Virus record (IMG/VR): IMGVR_UViG_3300034356_001766
Coordinates: 712 to 64,711 of that record
Source: a virus
Taxonomy: Duplodnaviria; Caudoviricetes
DNA length: 64,000 bases
Direction: 5' to 3' (one strand)
Shown here: one piece after another, positions 58,800-64,000 of the stretch
Layout: each line of letters begins with the position of its first letter
How positions within the stretch are numbered: position 1 is the first letter of the stretch
Notes under the pieces: model-generated
Database searches by the model: none
Seen by the model: the letters and a program-made list of their open reading frames with translations, nothing else
What the model was told of the DNA's origin: nothing
Made by a program: the position numbers and the translations under genes

Positions 58800-58965
58800 C
58801 TTAGTTTACTTTTATGAAGAAATTCTCTTTCTACAGTCTTACAGATAGTAGCCAGGAGGTGATTGGGTCTACCCGAGCATTTACCCGGTTAGCAGCAGCA
58901 AAAAACTTTGCCGAAAAAAAGCAGTTATCGCTTAAAAATTTTCTAAGTATATTTAGCGTCACAAG

Positions 58966-59370
58966 ATGAAGCCTAAAGAAATGCTTAGACAGATACTCAA
59001 GGACGTTATACCTTTGAAGTACAGAATTAAAGAGGTACCCCGAAACAAAGAAGCTATGACTAAAGAATTATTTATCGAGATAGTCAAGCTTTTAAAAGAG
59101 ATTGACGATAGGACCAACTTCGTAGCATCGGAGATTGGAATGGACACAACCCAGTACGAGGATAAGTTCTTCAGGGTTATTGAGAATCTTATGCGGATTG
59201 CTTTCAACAGAGAGCAGGTATTTTTGATTGAGCTTTATCTTAATGAGATCGACTACAACGACAAAGAGGAGTGGGATGGTAACATCTCAGTAACTGTTGA
59301 GAAGAAAGAGCAAAAGATTGCCTTCCGTACTCCGGAAGATGTCTGGGAAGCTATCCAAAAGTTTAAGTAA
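58966..59370 (+). CDS. Hypothetical protein
   Basis: 134-aa ORF. Confidence 0.65.
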   Translation: MKPKEMLRQILKDVIPLKYRIKEVPRNKEAMTKELFIEIVKLLKEIDDRTNFVASEIGMDTTQYEDKFFRVIENLMRIAFNREQVFLIELYLNEIDYNDKEEWDGNISVTVEKKEQKIAFRTPEDVWEAIQKFK

Positions 59371-59423
59371 AAAGTTGGAGACTAGTTGACTAGTTCCTAT
59401 CTTTAGTTAAATAAAAATAGAAT

Positions 59424-59810
59424 ATGAATAAAAGGTTTTGTAGTGTGTGTGGGGATGAGATTAATCCCCTGCGTGTAAAAGCTCTCCCGGAGACTAAGAC
59501 TTGTATTAACCACTCTACTGTGGGTGCTAAGAGAGGTCGGATTTTGACTTTAGGAGAGGGTGATCATACCTATAATGAGATTGAAATTTTAGATGAAGAG
59601 GTATACCGCCGAGTAGTAGCTTTGGAGTTTGGTGTAGATCGCCTAGCCGAAGAGATGCCTGAGATCCAGAACTACGATGCGACTATGGTTTCTGACGATA
59701 CCCGAGCCCTGAGAGAGAAAGCTGAGAAGGTGCTTGAGGATGAGGAAGACTCCAAGCTCCTTGAAGATCCTGAAGAGGTGATCGAGGAATCAGAAGAAGA
59801 AGAGGAATAG
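59424..59810 (+). CDS. DksA/TraR-type zinc-finger protein with acidic tail
   Basis: CSVCGDEI...R.KALP.TKTC..H. Confidence 0.75.
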   Translation: MNKRFCSVCGDEINPLRVKALPETKTCINHSTVGAKRGRILTLGEGDHTYNEIEILDEEVYRRVVALEFGVDRLAEEMPEIQNYDATMVSDDTRALREKAEKVLEDEEDSKLLEDPEEVIEESEEEEE

Positions 59811-60457
59811 TGGAGGAGAAGAAGAAAGGGCGTCCTAGTAAGATTTTGCTAAGGGAGGATATCGAGCGAGCAGTTAAGATGACTAAGTCAAATAAAGCTG
59901 CAGCTCGTTACCTCCACTGCTCTTTCCCTCACTACAGAAAGTATGCTGTCCTGTATACCAATCAGGATGGTGTAACTCTCTTTGAAGCTCATAAGAATCA
60001 GGCTGGGGTAGGGATACCTAAATTTCTAACAGGTAGGGCTACTCAAGCCCCTCTAGAGCAGATCCTGGACGGAACCTTTCCTGTTGAGCATTTTAAGCCT
60101 GCGAAGATTAAAGCAGCTTTGATATCAGAAGGGTACTTAGCTGAGAGTTGCAAGAGGTGTGACTTCGGTGAGAGTAGGCTCTTGGATGGAAAGATTCCTT
60201 TGATTTTGACTTTCAAAGATAAGAATAAGCACAACTACCACCGGGATAACATCGAACTACTCTGCTACAACTGTTGCTTTCTCTATGCTGCTTCTCCTAT
60301 TTCTGACGATCAGGTAGAGCAGATGGAGGATTATATCGAGATTCAGGTTAAGAATTTTGACTGGGAGATAGATCAATCTCATATTGACCATCTGAAAGAG
60401 CTGGGGCTGTGGGAGGATAATAAGAAGCCCGGTGATGAGTTTATATCCCGGGCATGA
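59810..60457 (+). CDS. DNA-binding protein with a degenerate HNH-like zinc domain
   Basis: GRP and HTH-like N-terminus; CKRC...N...DNIELLCYNC. Confidence 0.65.
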   Translation: MEEKKKGRPSKILLREDIERAVKMTKSNKAAARYLHCSFPHYRKYAVLYTNQDGVTLFEAHKNQAGVGIPKFLTGRATQAPLEQILDGTFPVEHFKPAKIKAALISEGYLAESCKRCDFGESRLLDGKIPLILTFKDKNKHNYHRDNIELLCYNCCFLYAASPISDDQVEQMEDYIEIQVKNFDWEIDQSHIDHLKELGLWEDNKKPGDEFISRA

Positions 60458-60634
60458 AAGTACCTAAGAAGAGACAGCGACCCCAGCTCGATAGCGAGAA
60501 GAACAAGCAGTACCTTCTTAGCAAGCATGCTGATAAGCTCTTAGAGCAGGATCAGAAGAATAAAAAGTTGTCTCAAAAGTTGCTTAAAGGGGATATATTT
60601 ACTATCTTTATCGAAGAAGAAAAAAATAAAGGTT

Positions 60635-60919
60635 ATGAGCGAGAAGAGAGGACTGACGGAGAAGATAAAGTTTGAGTTTAATACTGCTGGGGTATTAGAG
60701 ATTCAGTATAATACCGGGACTTGGGGTAGAGTTACTGCGATTACTTTCCGAGCTTATGACGGACCTCGCCGGATTACCGAGCCTCAGTTTACTCAGAAGT
60801 CTAACCCTCATGTACCTATGAGGACCTATTTATACGAAGGACCTGTGTACTACTACGGCTCTAATAAGGAGGCAGTTAAGCAGAATAATCATACTGTTCG
60901 TAATTTGTATAACAGCTAA
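60635..60919 (+). CDS. Hypothetical protein
   Basis: ORF after promoter GTTG(60579)-N20-TATCTTTA(60603). Confidence 0.65.
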   Translation: MSEKRGLTEKIKFEFNTAGVLEIQYNTGTWGRVTAITFRAYDGPRRITEPQFTQKSNPHVPMRTYLYEGPVYYYGSNKEAVKQNNHTVRNLYNS

Positions 60920-60928
60920 TCAATTTAT

Positions 60929-61237
60929 ATGAGACAGTTTGTATTCGAAAACCCGCAAGAATTTAGTACTTTCTTTTCAGGAAAGAACGTAAAGATCACT
61001 AATGCTATCACCGCCGGCATCAGAGTAGCTGTTAAGGCTAGGAAGAAACACGCTGACTTATTTGAGGTTAGCTTTGAAGGAGGAGATACTGCATACGATA
61101 TTAGTCTGCCATCTACCGAATGGCCGCAGGCTTTGGCTAAATGTTTAGAGTTCTACGAGGAGTCTCAGCTCTACGATGATGCCATCGATACTTACCAGCT
61201 TATTAAGCAACTCTCAAATGAAAGAGATCTTATCTAA
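60929..61237 (+). CDS. Hypothetical protein
   Basis: ORF in array. Confidence 0.65.
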   Translation: MRQFVFENPQEFSTFFSGKNVKITNAITAGIRVAVKARKKHADLFEVSFEGGDTAYDISLPSTEWPQALAKCLEFYEESQLYDDAIDTYQLIKQLSNERDLI

Positions 61238-61505
61238 GACCCGGTTAGACGGCTCTACTATCACCTACTTCATGTCCGATGATAAGAGGACTGTTACATC
61301 AGAACTATCTTACCCCAGGTCATTCAGGAATACCTATGAGGAGTTAGAGCATAGGAATGAAGGACTGCCTAAGACCAAGCGCCAGTACATGACTGATGAA
61401 GGTAAGGTGGTAGGGTATCTTACTGCAAAAAAGTTAGGAATTATTACCTAGGTTAGTTGGATCTAATCAAGTTAGTTCCTATCTTTAAGTATAATTAAAA
61501 ACAAA

Positions 61506-62333
61506 ATGGTTATGATGATTTCAGATAGCAAGCAAGACCGCGTAATGTCAATAGAAGATCTAAAGAAGGTAGTACCTTTTGCCTTCATTGATAAACCTAC
61601 CCGAGAGGTATCAGATAAGTACGTTCACGTACCTACTAGCCGGGTGATAGAAGATTTAATGAGTATGGGTTGGGAGCCGGTCCAGGCAGCTCAGCGCCGA
61701 GGAAGGGCCGGGAAGGTTTCGATCTTCTCTAAGCATATGATTAAGTTCCAGAATCCTAACTTAGTTATTAAAGGTGCTCAAGGTGATGATGTATTTCCTC
61801 AGATCATCCTTACTAACTCTCATGATGGAACTCAGTCGTTTAAGTTCATGATGGGGCTATATCGCCTTGTTTGCAGCAATGGATTGGTAGTTGCTGATGA
61901 GCAGTTTGCTAACTTCAAGATCCGGCATATGGGATATAGTTTTGAAGACCTTCAAAAGCTTATCGAGACTGCAGTAGTAGCGCTACCTAAGAAGGTAGAG
62001 GTTATCAATATGATGAAGGAAGTGCAGATGACAGAGGTTCAGCAGAAAGACTTCGCTATGAAGGCTTACTTACTACGCCGTGGTATCGAGATGAGCGATG
62101 AAGTTCAGGTAGAGGATGAGGTGTTAGAGGGTATTCTTTCTAGCCGCCGGACCCAAGACCAGGGCGATGATCTGTGGCTGACCTTTAATCGCATCCAAGA
62201 AGCTATCACCCAAGGAGGATTCAAAGGAGCTTTGAACGGAGCTAAGGTACGTCAGGTGCGTAAGATTAGGTCGTTTGAGAAAGACCTTAAGATCAATCAA
62301 GACTTATTCCAGCTAGCGCTACAGTATGCGTAA
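61506..62333 (+). CDS. DUF932/DUF945 family protein
   Basis: SDKYVHVPT, LTNSHDG, RLVCSNG, IRH and LWLTFNRIQE motifs. Confidence 0.88.
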   Translation: MVMMISDSKQDRVMSIEDLKKVVPFAFIDKPTREVSDKYVHVPTSRVIEDLMSMGWEPVQAAQRRGRAGKVSIFSKHMIKFQNPNLVIKGAQGDDVFPQIILTNSHDGTQSFKFMMGLYRLVCSNGLVVADEQFANFKIRHMGYSFEDLQKLIETAVVALPKKVEVINMMKEVQMTEVQQKDFAMKAYLLRRGIEMSDEVQVEDEVLEGILSSRRTQDQGDDLWLTFNRIQEAITQGGFKGALNGAKVRQVRKIRSFEKDLKINQDLFQLALQYA

Positions 62334-62487
62334 GATAAGAGATAAGAAAGCCACCGCACCTGTCCGTTTCGAGAGAGACGGGCAGCTGTGGGAGGTAGTT
62401 CACAAGACAGACGATATGGCTTATGCCGTAAGGTTGAATAAGAAAGGCTCTCCGGTTGGTATCATTGAAAGGTTTTATGAGCAGGTC

Positions 62488-62581
62488 TAGGGCAGGGAGG
62501 CCGAGGGGCGAGCGGAGGGGCGTTTCCCTCTCTCGCACCGAAGGTGCCACGCGCATTCTCATCAAAAGCCCTACCGGGCTT
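62488..62581 (+). other. GC-rich multi-hairpin intergenic element
   Basis: GCGAG..GAGGG/CCCTC.CTCGC, GCACC-GAA-GGTGC and AAGCCC-TACC-GGGCTT. Confidence 0.55.
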
Positions 62582-62629
62582 GGTAAAAAGATTTAGATAA
62601 AAGGATTAATAAAAAAACAAATAAGAGTT

Positions 62630-62863
62630 ATGGAGTACGGAAGTATAAGATGGAGGCCGTGGGTGTGTCTGCTAAAAGACGATGAAGGTATCACGGATGT
62701 TAAGAGGTTTGATAACTTCCAGGACATGCTACAGTGGAGGTTAGAGAACATAAGGAAGGGTTTGAATGCCGTCTCTATGACAGAAGAATACTACCTCGGT
62801 CTTGAGACCGATGAGCATGCGGAGTGGTGGAAGAGTGTTAAACAGCTAATTGCATCTTTATGA
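62630..62863 (+). CDS. Hypothetical protein
   Basis: ORF with an A-rich leader. Confidence 0.55.
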   Translation: MEYGSIRWRPWVCLLKDDEGITDVKRFDNFQDMLQWRLENIRKGLNAVSMTEEYYLGLETDEHAEWWKSVKQLIASL

Positions 62864-63439
62864 GTAAGAGAATACCTTTAGACCAGGACCCGGCATTCCG
62901 GGACCTTAATTGGGACCTTCCTTTGAACAAGGATTGGGATGGCACGTTACAAGACGGATTAGAAAATGAAGAGTGGGATGATGAAGAAGAGTGAACAGGA
63001 GTGGGATCACTACTCGGGACTACCCTCACCGTTAGCCTACCAAAGAAGAGAGCTAGAAAAGAAGCTAGAGAGGGAGTACGATGATTATGATTCTCAGGAT
63101 GATGATAGAGAGTATAACCCCGGTAAGAGGACTTACAGTGATAGTCTCGAGGATGAAGAATAACTTTTTATACAAAGTACTTATGAAAGACGGCAAGAGT
63201 AAAGGACAATGGCAGGACTGGGATAAGGCATATGCAAAGACTAGGTCGGTGATATGGAGCTGTAACAAGGAAGAGCATCTGGAGGCAGGACTGAGGATGG
63301 TGATAAACTATGAGAGACTAATGCAAAACTTCGGCCCTACTTCGGTACAAGGCCGGAGGATTGGAGCCGGGACAGTTGATGATCTCCTTTCTCTCATTAA
63401 GCTAAAACGTAAGATGATTAGGAGAGGATGATGATTGTA

Positions 63440-63912
63440 GTAAACCGTAGCGTATATAAAGATATTTGTATAGAGTGATATAGAGATATTAAGATATAAA
63501 TTATGTATAAACTTAAAGCAAAGAGTGAAGTTAAAGCAAAGCTTTAATAGCTAGCACCTGCCTCCCTCCCTTGCAACTTTTCTTCTATAAGAAATTATTA
63601 TTTTTCAAACCTTAAAGTAAAGCTTTAAGTATTCAGTAAACCGTAGATAAAACCGTAGACCAGTAAACCGTATGCAGAAAACCGTCCATGCAATCATCAG
63701 TGCTTTAACCGGCAGAAAACCGTACCTACTAAGTAACCGTCCAGAGGAAACCGTCTCAGGTAACCGTAGGGAGAAAATCGTAGAGAGTACCGTACAGCCG
63801 TCTGTAAGGCTGGTTATAAACCTGGAGACTGGAACAGTTAAAGTAAAGCTTTAAGGTTTTAGAAAACCGTACGGAGGTAACCGTCTGGTAAACCGTAGGG
63901 AAAAAACCGTCG
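63440..63912. repeat. Iteron-like AACCGT array with three TTAAAGYAAAGCTTTAA palindromes and an AT-rich tract
   Basis: Exact AACCGT at 63443, 63639, 63651, 63666, 63680, 63718, 63735, 63749, 63762, 63865, 63879, 63891 and 63905; palindromes at 63531, 63612 and 63838. Confidence 0.85.
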
Positions 63913-63917
63913 AGAAA

Positions 63918-63949
63918 GTTGTCTCCTGCTCTAAGGATTCGTATCTTTA
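63918..63949 (+). promoter_or_regulatory. Bacteroidota-type promoter for the next gene (ATG at 63966, runs off the window)
   Basis: GTTG-N20-TATCTTTA. Confidence 0.7.
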
Positions 63950-64000
63950 GATGAAAGAAAAAGGTTATGACAAAGTTGGTAAAAGATTTGAGCGGGATAG

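Noticed and set aside
63630-63912. AACCGT array as a CRISPR array, or ORF 63672..63854 as a gene
   Set aside because: Repeat units are 6-8 nt with ~6-10 nt spacers, far too short for CRISPR; the ORF looks like a by-product of the repeats
1-64000. Stop-codon reassignment
   Set aside because: Conserved genes are full length in the standard code; TAG, TGA and TAA all end genes at expected positions; no suppressor tRNA is seen

Overview
This window is a gene-dense, almost entirely plus-strand segment of a large tailed dsDNA phage, probably infecting Bacteroidota. The host call rests on about 18 TTG-N20-TAnnTT(T/A)A promoters, T9SS-type C-terminal domains and lipoproteins. From left to right it carries: the nrdA 3' end, small accessory genes and thyA; a complete 7-deazaguanine DNA-modification cluster (queC, queD, queE, folE, queF, a DpdA3-like TGT-fold protein, a PurN-like formyltransferase) interleaved with an HPRT, a MazG-like NTP-PPase and a P-loop kinase and followed by a family-A DNA polymerase; hsp20/groES/groEL; a DUF2589 pair; three tRNAs; a CsgG/cohesin-dockerin/beta-barrel envelope module; a holin/GH19 lysis cassette; a 17-kb glycosylation island; and an iteron-like repeat region at the right end. 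The most striking non-coding observations are: two covarying preQ1-I-riboswitch-like pseudoknots at predicted transcript starts in the deazaguanine cluster, a third pseudoknot before queC, complementary hairpin loops on either side of hsp20, 11-bp-period Pho-box-like repeats, and an origin-like array. All product calls come from motif recognition by eye; no database searches were run.
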